A stretch of DNA of 42,179 nucleotides. Source: an uncultured Anaerolineaceae bacterium. Its GTDB lineage: Bacteria > Chloroflexota > Anaerolineae > Anaerolineales > Anaerolineaceae. Positions within the stretch are counted from its first letter, which is position 1, and the number at the start of each line of letters is the position of its first letter. The stretch covers positions 3,241 through 45,419 of the forward strand of contig CAZUZM010000003.1 of assembly GCA_964624615.1 (NCBI GenBank), given 5' to 3'. The notes under the pieces were generated by a model. That model was not told the origin of the DNA, searched no databases, and saw only the letters and a list, made by a program, of their open reading frames with translations. This document shows, piece after piece, positions 17,804 to 26,813 of the stretch. The position numbers and the translations under genes are program-made.

Positions 17804-20386
17804 ATGATTCCCAAGAAACTAACCCTCAGTGGCTTCACCTCTTATCGCAATCCGGTAACGCTCGACTTTTCAGCATTCAGCATTGCCTGCGTTTCAGGAT
17901 CAAACGGCTCGGGCAAGTCCTCGATTTTGGATGGCATGACCTTCGCCCTGTATGGCAAAGCACGAAAATCAGATGATTCCCTCATCAACTCTGCCAGCGA
18001 TAAAGCCGAAGTAACCCTCGACTTTGAATATGAAGGACAGACCTACCGCGTGACGCGTTCCCTAACCCGAGGGAAAAGCAGCACGCTTGATTTTTACATC
18101 TACAACCCCGAACCGGAAGAAGAAGGCAGGCACTGGAAGGTGCTCACCGAACACACCATCGGAAACACCAACGCCAAAATTGAGCGTACCTTACGCCTGG
18201 ACTACGAAACCTTCGTCAACGCCTCGTTCTTTTTGCAAGGTAAAGCTGATTCTTTTGCCACCCAAAGACCGGCTGACCGCAAGCGCATCCTTGCCAGTAT
18301 TTTAGGGCTCAATCAATGGGACTTATACCTTAAAGCCAGCAAAGAGCGCAGCACCCAGGTCCGCCTGGAACTCGAAAGGATTGACGCGCGCCTTGCTGAG
18401 ATTCAAAGCGAACTCGATCAGGAAGAGGAACGCAAGGCACGACTGGAAAGCCTGGAAGATAAACTCAAACTCGCCAAGGCCGAGACCAGTGTTTTACAAG
18501 CCCAATTGGATACCGAGCGTGCTAAACAGGAGAAGCTCAAAGAAAAACGCCAGTATGTAGCGCTCCTAAAGCAAAATTTTGACCGTGCCGAAAGCAATCA
18601 CGCCGACACCCTGGCGCGTCGTGACGAACGCCAGGCACAACTGAACAGCTTTAACGAGGTGTTGGCAAACGCTGATCAAACGGAAAAAGACTATCAGACC
18701 TGGCAAGAAGCCCGCAAAGCACTCCAAGCCTTCGACCAGGTTTATGAGCAATTCAAGCCCATGGATGGCAAGCGGCAGGACCTGCTCAGGCAAATCGAAC
18801 TCAAAAAACAATCTCTACAACAAGCTCTCCAGCACCTATTGGACGAAAGAAGAAAGCTTGAGGATGTTCTCAACCGCAGCTTGGACGATCAAAAACAATT
18901 GGATGCCCTGCAGCCAAAAGTTGACTCCTTACAAAAGGAAATCGCCCTTGGGGAAACCCTCCAGGAAGAGATCAACCAGCTCATTGGATTGAAATCCACG
19001 TTGGAAAGCGAGAACAAGAGCCTGCGCCAAAAGATGAATGACCTCAAAGAACGCCAGCTCAAGATTGGCGCGGTGGAAGGCGCGCAATGCCCCTTCTGTG
19101 ACCAAGCGCTTTCAGCGGAGCATCGCCAAAACCTGATTGACAAAATCCAAACTGAAGGTACCAGCCTTGGCAATCAGTTCCGCGAAAACCAAGATAAAAC
19201 CGAAAATGCTGAGCAAGCCCTCAAAGTCAAGAAGCAAGCTTTGCTCAACCGCAATGAGCACCAAAGCACTTTGCAGCATTTGTTAAGGGAAAAAGACCGG
19301 CTGACACAGCTGTTGAACCAAGTCGAAACGCAGAAAAAAACTTTTGAAGCCGAGCGCGCTCCAAAAATCGCTGAATTAGAAGCCCTACTAGAGACTGAAG
19401 CCTTCATGCATGAAGAACGCGCGGCGATTCAAAACATCGAAAAAGAAATCGCCACCCTGGGCTATGACGCCAACGCCCACGCCAGCATCCGTCAAGAAGA
19501 AGCCCGAGCCCGCCTCGCCGAAGCGGCTTATCACGACCTGGGCAAAGCGCGCAGTAGCGTGGAACTGATCAAACAGAACCTCAGCGAACTCGAAACCAGT
19601 CTGATCGGCTCTGAAAAAGAGCGCCAGAGTCAGGAAACAGCCTTTCACCAGGCTGCTGCCAGCCTGGCAGAAGAAGAAGCCCAACTTCCAGACCTTTATC
19701 AACTTGAACGCGATTACATGCTCCAAAAAGAAAAAGAAGCTGCTTTGTTACGCGAACATGGTGGCGCAAGTCAACTGGTCAAAAACCTCGACACCCAACG
19801 CATGCGACAACTAAGTCTCCGTGAAGATCAAGAAGCCCTGATGCAAAATCTGGGACAACTGCGCAGCCTGGAAACCGCCTTTGGCAAGGACGGCGTGCCC
19901 GCGATGCTCATCGAACAAGCGCTGCCCGAACTGCAGGAACAAGCCAATGAGGTTTTGCACAAACTAAGCGACCACACCATGAGCGTCACTTTTAGCACCC
20001 AACGGGAGTACAAAGACAAAAAGCGCGAGGACAAGCGTGAGACTTTGGATATTCTCATCAGCGATGGGTCTTCTACCCGCGATTACGAAACATTTTCAGG
20101 CGGCGAAGCTTTTCGAGTCAATTTTGCCATCCGCTTAGCCCTTTCACGGGTGCTCAGCAGGCGTGCTGGTGCAAAGATGCAGACCTTGGTTATTGACGAA
20201 GGTTTCGGCAACCAAGACCGCCACGGTCGGCAGCTGTTGATCGAAGCCATCAACATGATTCAAGATGACTTTGAGAAGATTTTGGTGATTACCCATATTG
20301 AAGAACTCAAGGACCAATTCCCTAATCGTGTTGAGGTCAGCAAAGATGCTATGGGTTCCTCAACCCTGGATTTAGTCTTGGGATAA
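17804..20386 (+). CDS. Rad50/SbcC-family SMC-like ATPase with central zinc hook
   Basis: Walker A GSNGSGKSS. A long heptad-rich middle region carries CPFC (codons 429-432 of 860) at its exact midpoint. Signature motif FSGGE, Walker B LVIDEGFG, and ITHIEEL. Confidence 0.85.
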   Translation: MIPKKLTLSGFTSYRNPVTLDFSAFSIACVSGSNGSGKSSILDGMTFALYGKARKSDDSLINSASDKAEVTLDFEYEGQTYRVTRSLTRGKSSTLDFYIYNPEPEEEGRHWKVLTEHTIGNTNAKIERTLRLDYETFVNASFFLQGKADSFATQRPADRKRILASILGLNQWDLYLKASKERSTQVRLELERIDARLAEIQSELDQEEERKARLESLEDKLKLAKAETSVLQAQLDTERAKQEKLKEKRQYVALLKQNFDRAESNHADTLARRDERQAQLNSFNEVLANADQTEKDYQTWQEARKALQAFDQVYEQFKPMDGKRQDLLRQIELKKQSLQQALQHLLDERRKLEDVLNRSLDDQKQLDALQPKVDSLQKEIALGETLQEEINQLIGLKSTLESENKSLRQKMNDLKERQLKIGAVEGAQCPFCDQALSAEHRQNLIDKIQTEGTSLGNQFRENQDKTENAEQALKVKKQALLNRNEHQSTLQHLLREKDRLTQLLNQVETQKKTFEAERAPKIAELEALLETEAFMHEERAAIQNIEKEIATLGYDANAHASIRQEEARARLAEAAYHDLGKARSSVELIKQNLSELETSLIGSEKERQSQETAFHQAAASLAEEEAQLPDLYQLERDYMLQKEKEAALLREHGGASQLVKNLDTQRMRQLSLREDQEALMQNLGQLRSLETAFGKDGVPAMLIEQALPELQEQANEVLHKLSDHTMSVTFSTQREYKDKKREDKRETLDILISDGSSTRDYETFSGGEAFRVNFAIRLALSRVLSRRAGAKMQTLVIDEGFGNQDRHGRQLLIEAINMIQDDFEKILVITHIEELKDQFPNRVEVSKDAMGSSTLDLVLG

Positions 20387-20397
20387 AACCAAACGTC

Positions 20398-21852
20398 CTA
20401 ATCGAAGGTTTGCTCATCCGGTGTTTTGACCCCCAGAAGCGCGAGAGTCGAGAGTAAAAAGATGACCGCGTAAACTGACATCAAAACCGCATAACCGGCA
20501 TGGTCACCAATCGGACCGCCAATATAAGCACCAACCGCGCCAGCCCCGGCTCCGGCGATGTTCGCAACGCCTAACCAGCGGCCGGCTTCCTCTTTGGGCA
20601 CCAGGCGTGTGCCCAAAGCCCAATTCGACGCGTAGAATAGCCCGGCTGCCACACCGACCAAAGCAGCGCCAACATAAACCAGTAACAGCGTTCCGCCAAA
20701 GATGACGATAAAACTCGCCCCAAAAGCCAAAAAACCGCTGGCAACCAGCAGTGGCTTCGACCCGAAGCGATCCGTGAGCCACCCTGCCACCAATGTGGCA
20801 AGCAGCAAACCCACGCCAATCACCACCATCAGGATGGCGGTAGGTTGCGCCGCTGCGGGACCTGCCAATTCAGGGAAGCGTTCCTGTAAAAAGTAAAGCA
20901 CAAAGCCAGCCAGGTTCGTCGCCCCAACCATAAAAGCCAATCGGTTAATCACCCACCAGGTGAAGGGTCGCCGTTCTTCGGTATAATCCCCCAAACTCAG
21001 GCGGGTGGAGATAGTAACACCAATCACCACTGCCACAAGCATCGCCACCAGCCCGAATAGTGCGCTTAATATTTTGTAAAACTGGCTATCTGCCAGGGCT
21101 TCCTTGGCTAATGGCAAACCAAAACGCGCGCCAAGCCCGAGGAGCACAATCACAGCCGTAAAAGCCAGTGTCATGCCCAACAAACGCCAAAAACTATCCT
21201 TGTCAAAAGCTTTGGTTGGTCGCATTATAGGCTTTTCAGGAATAAAGAGGCTGATGATGCCAACCAAAACTTTGACCCCAATCAGGGTCCACAAAACCGT
21301 CCACAATTGCCCGGCACTAATCCACTTGGCAATCGTAAAAGACACAAAAATCACCGGTAGCGGGAGTTCAAAAAACGATTTAACCGCGGAATAACGACCG
21401 CGTTGATTCTCTGGTACCAAGTCCGGGATGAGCGCTTGGGCTGGTCCCAAGCCGATATTAGAGAATACCATTGCCAAAAGAATGCAACAAAACAGCAAAA
21501 CATAGGTGCTGGCGACATCCGTATGGGTAATCATCCAACCCATGGCCACCAAGGTCAGTGTTTCCAGGACCAGGCTGGCCAGCATAAAAGGTTTGCGCCT
21601 GCCTAGCTTACTGGTACAGCGGTCTGAAAGTTGGGCTGCGACGGCGTTTACCAATAAACTGAGCATTAACGTCACCAGGCGCAAGGTACCCAAAGCGCTG
21701 CCCTTGACCGCTTCACCGATATATTGCTCGACCAGAATGGGCAAAAGCATGGGCACCAAGGTGAGCGTTTGTAAATTGACAGAAAAATAATAGGCGTTGA
21801 GCGTCAAGGCATCAAAAACGCCTAACGATCGAACCGTCTTTTGATTATCCAT
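20398..21852 (-). CDS. MFS transporter
   Basis: 484 aa with about 12-14 hydrophobic helices, plus the LSDRCTSKLGRRKP loop motif. Confidence 0.85.
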   Translation of the reverse strand: MDNQKTVRSLGVFDALTLNAYYFSVNLQTLTLVPMLLPILVEQYIGEAVKGSALGTLRLVTLMLSLLVNAVAAQLSDRCTSKLGRRKPFMLASLVLETLTLVAMGWMITHTDVASTYVLLFCCILLAMVFSNIGLGPAQALIPDLVPENQRGRYSAVKSFFELPLPVIFVSFTIAKWISAGQLWTVLWTLIGVKVLVGIISLFIPEKPIMRPTKAFDKDSFWRLLGMTLAFTAVIVLLGLGARFGLPLAKEALADSQFYKILSALFGLVAMLVAVVIGVTISTRLSLGDYTEERRPFTWWVINRLAFMVGATNLAGFVLYFLQERFPELAGPAAAQPTAILMVVIGVGLLLATLVAGWLTDRFGSKPLLVASGFLAFGASFIVIFGGTLLLVYVGAALVGVAAGLFYASNWALGTRLVPKEEAGRWLGVANIAGAGAGAVGAYIGGPIGDHAGYAVLMSVYAVIFLLSTLALLGVKTPDEQTFD

Positions 21853-22361
21853 TAAAAGGGACTCACCATTTGAGGATAAAAACCAGTACTTGCCTGCCAG
21901 GGATAAATTATTTCAGCCACGGTGCGTGCCGCATAATAACGTGGCGCACTGCCTTCCAGGCGACTCTCGCTGGGGTCAAAATACAGGGTTGCACTGTCTG
22001 AGGCGAAGCCTTCCCTTTCCAGCCGCGCCTGGCTCGCCAATATCTCTCGCCCACTGTGCCAATGCTCGCTTACCAACAAGATCTCGTGCTTTTGAAGCAA
22101 TGCTGGCTCAGGAAACTGAGCAAAAAATGGAAACTCGATGGACAAAGCCTCCCGCGGCGATGCCTGCAAATCCAACGGGAACTGAACCGAAATGAGAACA
22201 ATATGCTTGATGCCCATGGCTTCGGCGAGCATGGTCGCTGGGATGATAGCGTTTTGGTTCACCGGTAATATGCAGGTGTAAGGTTTATCAAACTGGGGCA
22301 AGAGGTGGTCAATCAGTCGGTTCAAGTCAGTCCACGTTAGCATTTCTTGTCTTTTTCGCAT
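21852..22361 (-). CDS. Gpt-like phosphoribosyltransferase-fold protein with degenerate catalytic motifs
   Basis: LTWTDLNRLIDHL...IIPATMLAEAMGIKHI aligns by eye to E. coli Gpt. The RGG loop is QNA, and the PRPP motif reads ILLVSEHWHSGRE instead of IVIDDLVDTGGT. Confidence 0.55.
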   Translation of the reverse strand: MRKRQEMLTWTDLNRLIDHLLPQFDKPYTCILPVNQNAIIPATMLAEAMGIKHIVLISVQFPLDLQASPREALSIEFPFFAQFPEPALLQKHEILLVSEHWHSGREILASQARLEREGFASDSATLYFDPSESRLEGSAPRYYAARTVAEIIYPWQASTGFYPQMVSPF

Positions 22362-22390
22362 GTCTTATCCTCTCATCATCCGACCCAGAC

Positions 22391-24883
22391 CTATAACAAG
22401 TCCGGTGGATTGACCTCCACCCGCCAGTCGCGCAAGTTAAGCCCTTCCAGGACCACATTCGGATTGGGACCCCGTAAAACGATTTGCCAGCGGTATTGCC
22501 CTGCCCATTTATGGAAATAACAAGGTGCGGGACCCATAAGGTAAGTGCGTTTCAAAGCCAACGTCTTGATATTCTCATTCAAAACGTTCGCCATCGCTTC
22601 AGCTTCCTCTTGAGCCTTGCTGTCAAAGCGATGTTGATAGACCAAACGCGTCAAAAAACTGAAGGGCGGGTAGCCTAACTCACGTCGAAACGCCAATTCC
22701 TGATGATAAAAACCTTCAAAGTTGTGATCCGCGGCAAATTGGATGACGCTATTTTCGGGTTGATAACTTTGCATGATAACCCGACCACCCAACGGGCTGC
22801 GTCCCGCCCGTCCGGCAACTTGCGTCAACACCTGAAAAACCCTTTCACTGGCACGATAATCGGGCAAGTTCAAGCCCAGTTCCGCCAAAATAATGCCCAC
22901 CAGGGTCACTTTAGGGAAGTCCAACCCTTTGGCAAGCATCTGGGTGCCAATCAAAACATCCGCACGATGGGCACTGAAGTGCGACAGAATCAGGTCGTGG
23001 TCACCCTTGCCTCGTGTGCTTTCAGCATCCCACCGCAATAACCTTGCCGTTGGAAACGCTTTTTGTACCATATCTTCCAATTGCTCGGTGCCCATGCCCA
23101 GTTGGCGTATCTGGCTACCACCACATTGGGGACAGGTTTTGGGCAACTGTCGGGTGTAGCCACATTGGTGGCACAACAAGCCCTGGCGTGAGCGGTGGTA
23201 GGTCAGCGGCGCTTCATCCCGTGGACAGCGTATGACGTGTCCACAAGTGCGGCAAAAGACATAGGTGGTACTGCCTTTACGATTGAGAAAGAGGATGGCT
23301 TGTTGGCCGGCATCAAGCGTTTCTCGCAGCGCTTGTTTGAGCGCGCGCGAAAGGGGTTGGCGATTGCCAGCGATCAGCTCTTGGCGCATATCAACAATAT
23401 GAACGGGTGGCATGACTGGCGCGTCAGAGGAAGGCTTACCCTCGTCAACAGAATGGGTATCCTTGTGCTCCAAATGTGCTGGCACGCGTCGTGGCAGACG
23501 CAAAAGCTGCCAGTCGCCCTTTTCAGCTTTGTAGTATTGAGTCACACGTGGGGTAGCACTACCTAGAAGAAGCGTAGCATCACAAATGCGGGCATAAGCT
23601 TCAGCCGTTTCAACGGCATGATAGAAGGGTAATCGCTCAGTTTCGTCATAAGAGTCGTTGTCACACTCATCAATGACAATCAGCCCTAAGCGTTCAAGAG
23701 GCATGAACAACGCCGAGCGTGAGCCGATGATGATTTTCAAATCACCTTGCCGTGCTCTTCGCCAGGTGTCGTAGCGCTCACCGTCAGAAAGTTTTGAATG
23801 ATATATACCAACTTGGTTGGGAAAACGCGCCATGAAACGGCGCACGGTTTGGGGTGTCATTGCAATTTCGGGCACCAAAACCAAGGCTTGCTTGCCCTTG
23901 TTCAGTTGCTCTTGCACCGCGCGCATATAGATTTCTGTTTTTCCAGAACTGGTTACGCCATGCAACAAAAAGGGTTTTGCCTTGGAGTTATCTAACTGTG
24001 GCAAAATGGATTCCCAAACCTTCTGCTGATCAGCGGTAAGTATCGGTGGTTTTGCCTCGGGCAGCTCGTAATCTGCCAGAGGATTCCGCCAAACCTCGGT
24101 TTCATTGAAATGAATCAAGCCCATTTCTGCCAAGAGGGTCAAGTCCGCATAGTTTGCACCGGTTTGGGCATAAATCCAAGAGAAATCCATGGGCATCGCG
24201 TCACTCGCCAGCCGTTCCAAAACCGCCATTCGCCTAACGCGCGTGTTTTCCTGGCTGCCCAAAGTGTCAGAGTCCAGCCTCGCAATCGACTCCACCGGCA
24301 CTGACAGGGACGCCGTGCGCACTGTTTTGCTTGTGACACTCGGCGGCGGCAAGACGTTTTGGCTGCTAATCAATCCTTGCTGCCGCAAAGCACGCATCGC
24401 GCGACGCCAATCGACCTTGGGCATGGCATGGCTTATCTGAGCGCCACGCAAAGTACCGCGCCTTCTCAAAAGCTGAACCAAGCGTTTTTGAGCAGGCGAA
24501 AGCCCAGCCAAAAGAACATCGTTAATTTCAATGTCTCGTAAACGATAAAGAACATCCGCCCGGCGCGAAAGACCGATTGGAATCATCAAGCCCACACATG
24601 CACCCAAGGGCGCCAGGGTATGCACCGAAAGCCACTGCGCCAGCGCCAGTTGTTGATCGGTGAGCACCTGCTCTTCAGAAAGAGGCTCAATAATATCCTT
24701 GATATCTTCAAAGTCCGGGGCCGCGTTCTCTCCTAAAACCACCCCTTGTGCCAACCGCGAACCAAACGGCACCAAAACCAAACTGCCCGGCTTTATGACA
24801 GCTTCGAATTCAGGCGGCACACGATAGGTATAACTTTGATCAATTTGGCTTATGTTGATACTGACATCAACGAAAGGGCTCAC
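22391..24883 (-). CDS. priA: Primosomal replication-restart helicase PriA
   Basis: LLHGVTSSGKTE (Walker A), VIDECD, the Cys-rich insert CRTCGH...CHQCG...CPQCGG, and AGRAGR. GTG start. Confidence 0.93.
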   Translation of the reverse strand: MSPFVDVSINISQIDQSYTYRVPPEFEAVIKPGSLVLVPFGSRLAQGVVLGENAAPDFEDIKDIIEPLSEEQVLTDQQLALAQWLSVHTLAPLGACVGLMIPIGLSRRADVLYRLRDIEINDVLLAGLSPAQKRLVQLLRRRGTLRGAQISHAMPKVDWRRAMRALRQQGLISSQNVLPPPSVTSKTVRTASLSVPVESIARLDSDTLGSQENTRVRRMAVLERLASDAMPMDFSWIYAQTGANYADLTLLAEMGLIHFNETEVWRNPLADYELPEAKPPILTADQQKVWESILPQLDNSKAKPFLLHGVTSSGKTEIYMRAVQEQLNKGKQALVLVPEIAMTPQTVRRFMARFPNQVGIYHSKLSDGERYDTWRRARQGDLKIIIGSRSALFMPLERLGLIVIDECDNDSYDETERLPFYHAVETAEAYARICDATLLLGSATPRVTQYYKAEKGDWQLLRLPRRVPAHLEHKDTHSVDEGKPSSDAPVMPPVHIVDMRQELIAGNRQPLSRALKQALRETLDAGQQAILFLNRKGSTTYVFCRTCGHVIRCPRDEAPLTYHRSRQGLLCHQCGYTRQLPKTCPQCGGSQIRQLGMGTEQLEDMVQKAFPTARLLRWDAESTRGKGDHDLILSHFSAHRADVLIGTQMLAKGLDFPKVTLVGIILAELGLNLPDYRASERVFQVLTQVAGRAGRSPLGGRVIMQSYQPENSVIQFAADHNFEGFYHQELAFRRELGYPPFSFLTRLVYQHRFDSKAQEEAEAMANVLNENIKTLALKRTYLMGPAPCYFHKWAGQYRWQIVLRGPNPNVVLEGLNLRDWRVEVNPPDLL

Positions 24884-24894
24884 ATCATACCTGC

Positions 24895-25875
24895 TTATGG
24901 GGTGATAACGAGAATATACTCGGCTGAAAAAACCAACTTCTGACGTACATCGCCCGGAATATCCACATCACTGACCAGGTTTTGTTGCAGGATTGTGGCT
25001 AAACTGGTTTGTCCAATAAGTTGGTTCAATTCGTTGAAAGCAAAGAATGGGTTCAAACGCGCGCCGGAAGCACTAATCCGTTCCATGTCAAGTCGCACCT
25101 GATTCCAGCGTTCCGGTTCAATGATAATGGGGTGTTCGGCAAACAAAATGAAGTTTTCAGGTAACTCATCGAGGATGACCTGGAATTGACGTAAGGTGAG
25201 CCCCTGAAAATGCTCATTGCGCTGCTCCACGGGTAAGTCCCAGTCCGTAGCAATCTTTGCCGGCTGGAAGGGAACATCAGAGTTTTGGGTGCGATAGAAG
25301 ATAAAGTTAGAGCCATCCGCGGGCATGGCATCAATTGCCACATTATCACCAAAGGTGCCGGTCAAAATCAACTTGACTTCCAGATGTTCAGCCTTAAAAG
25401 CATGACGCACACGCAGATAATAAACTGTAATCTCATTGTCGAGGAGTTTTATGGTTTCCGTGTGGATGCCACGGTCAAGCATTTGAAATGCCATCAATGC
25501 GGAAAGATTGTATTGGCTGCCATTCTCACGCTTATTGTTTTGGGTCAGGTAGGTGTAGTTCCATTCCACCTTGGTGTCATCGCCAACTTTCAAATCAATC
25601 AAGCCTGAAATGCGGGCGGGAACTGCCGTTGGCGTCATTGTAGCAGTAGGACTGGGGATTGCCGTCGGCGTATAAGTCGGTGTAATCGTCAAGGTTGGGG
25701 TGACCGTTGGTGCTTCAGTAGGAATGCTAGTAATGGTAGGCGTTACCGTCTTGGTTGGTGGATGGGTGGGGATGCCAGTCGGACGACCCTCATAAACAGG
25801 CTCACATGCCGTGAAAATAAAAACAATGATGGAAAGCATTAGTAGTAAGGTTAAAAAAGAACGGTTTTTAGGCAT
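24895..25875 (-). CDS. Secreted lipoprotein with Pro/Thr-rich linker, unknown C-terminal domain
   Basis: From ATG 25875: MPKNRSFLTLLLMLSIIVFIFTAC is a lipobox. A ~50-aa PT-rich linker follows. Confidence 0.6.
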   Translation of the reverse strand: MPKNRSFLTLLLMLSIIVFIFTACEPVYEGRPTGIPTHPPTKTVTPTITSIPTEAPTVTPTLTITPTYTPTAIPSPTATMTPTAVPARISGLIDLKVGDDTKVEWNYTYLTQNNKRENGSQYNLSALMAFQMLDRGIHTETIKLLDNEITVYYLRVRHAFKAEHLEVKLILTGTFGDNVAIDAMPADGSNFIFYRTQNSDVPFQPAKIATDWDLPVEQRNEHFQGLTLRQFQVILDELPENFILFAEHPIIIEPERWNQVRLDMERISASGARLNPFFAFNELNQLIGQTSLATILQQNLVSDVDIPGDVRQKLVFSAEYILVITP

Positions 25876-26752
25876 AGTCGGTGTCCTTATGAGAAAAAAT
25901 GGCAGATACATAACCCACCACGGCGCTTTTATCACCGCTGGCATGGGAAGAGTCGCGATAGTCTGCGATGCGTATGTTGTTCGCGCCAAGCATCTGGCTG
26001 AGGCTCATCACCACAGCCGCAGGCCCCAAGCCACAGGCTTCGGTTCTGCCTTGGTTTTCAGCCTGATAAAGTTGGTCAATTTCACCTGTTTCCAAAGCTT
26101 TAATAAAGGCTTCATCAAGCATTTTGGCGCGGTTTTGGGGATAAAAATGTGAAAGATCGCTGGAAGCAACGAGTAAAACTTGTTCATCTTCCCCAAAACT
26201 TTGAATGAGTCTAAACAAAGCCTGAGCTAACACCTGAGCTGTTTTTTGACGCTGGTCAAGCATCATCACCGGAATGAGTTCGAATGACTCAGCCAGCAGA
26301 TATTGCAGGAAGGGCAGCTCAATTTCGAGGGAATGTTCCTGATCAAAGCGTACCTTGCTTAGGTGTAGCCCCTCTTCCACCAAAAGGCTGTCAAGAGAAT
26401 CAAGGCTTTTATGGTCTACGGACACCAAGCCCAAAGGTGTTTGGTAGGCATCATGCCCACTGGTTAATAGTGGCTCGGCATAAGCACGGTGAGAAGGCGA
26501 GATGACGACCACTTTTTGATAAGACTTCCGGCGTATAGCCTGGAAAGCCGCCGCAGCCGTCGCACCTGAATAGACATAACCGGCATGTGGCACCAAAAGA
26601 CCCACGACTCTTTCAGAGCCTTGGGATGCGTCGGCTTGGTTGAATGCTGTCATATAGCTTTCCAACGCTCGTCGCAAAGCCATTTCTGTGCCGGGATACC
26701 ACGCACCGGCAATCGGGGATGGTCGAATATCAAGCGCTTCTTGCTTGTTCAT
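25868..26752 (-). CDS. AmmeMemoRadiSam system protein B (MEMO1 family)
   Basis: RPSPIAGAWYPG and LLVPHAGYVYSG motifs. Confidence 0.85.
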   Translation of the reverse strand: MNKQEALDIRPSPIAGAWYPGTEMALRRALESYMTAFNQADASQGSERVVGLLVPHAGYVYSGATAAAAFQAIRRKSYQKVVVISPSHRAYAEPLLTSGHDAYQTPLGLVSVDHKSLDSLDSLLVEEGLHLSKVRFDQEHSLEIELPFLQYLLAESFELIPVMMLDQRQKTAQVLAQALFRLIQSFGEDEQVLLVASSDLSHFYPQNRAKMLDEAFIKALETGEIDQLYQAENQGRTEACGLGPAAVVMSLSQMLGANNIRIADYRDSSHASGDKSAVVGYVSAIFSHKDTDYA

Positions 26753-26813
26753 GGTCTTATTTTAACACGAGAGAGGGGCTTAACCCAATTATCCGCTTTG
26801 GGCTAAGCTGTCA

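Noticed and set aside
18566-20058. Chain of minus-strand ORFs inside the Rad50-like coiled-coil region.
   Set aside because: Repetitive Glu/Lys/Leu/Gln codons on the coding strand produce open antisense frames. There is no independent support.
20387-20397. 11-bp gap between the convergent rad50-like and MFS stops, considered as a hidden element.
   Set aside because: It is too short to encode anything. It matters only because it excludes a downstream nuclease partner gene.
25620-25775. Quasi-periodic DNA repeats here, and a similar stretch at about 27470-27560.
   Set aside because: They are the in-frame Pro/Thr-rich linker-coding regions of two lipoprotein genes. They are not CRISPR or tandem non-coding repeats.
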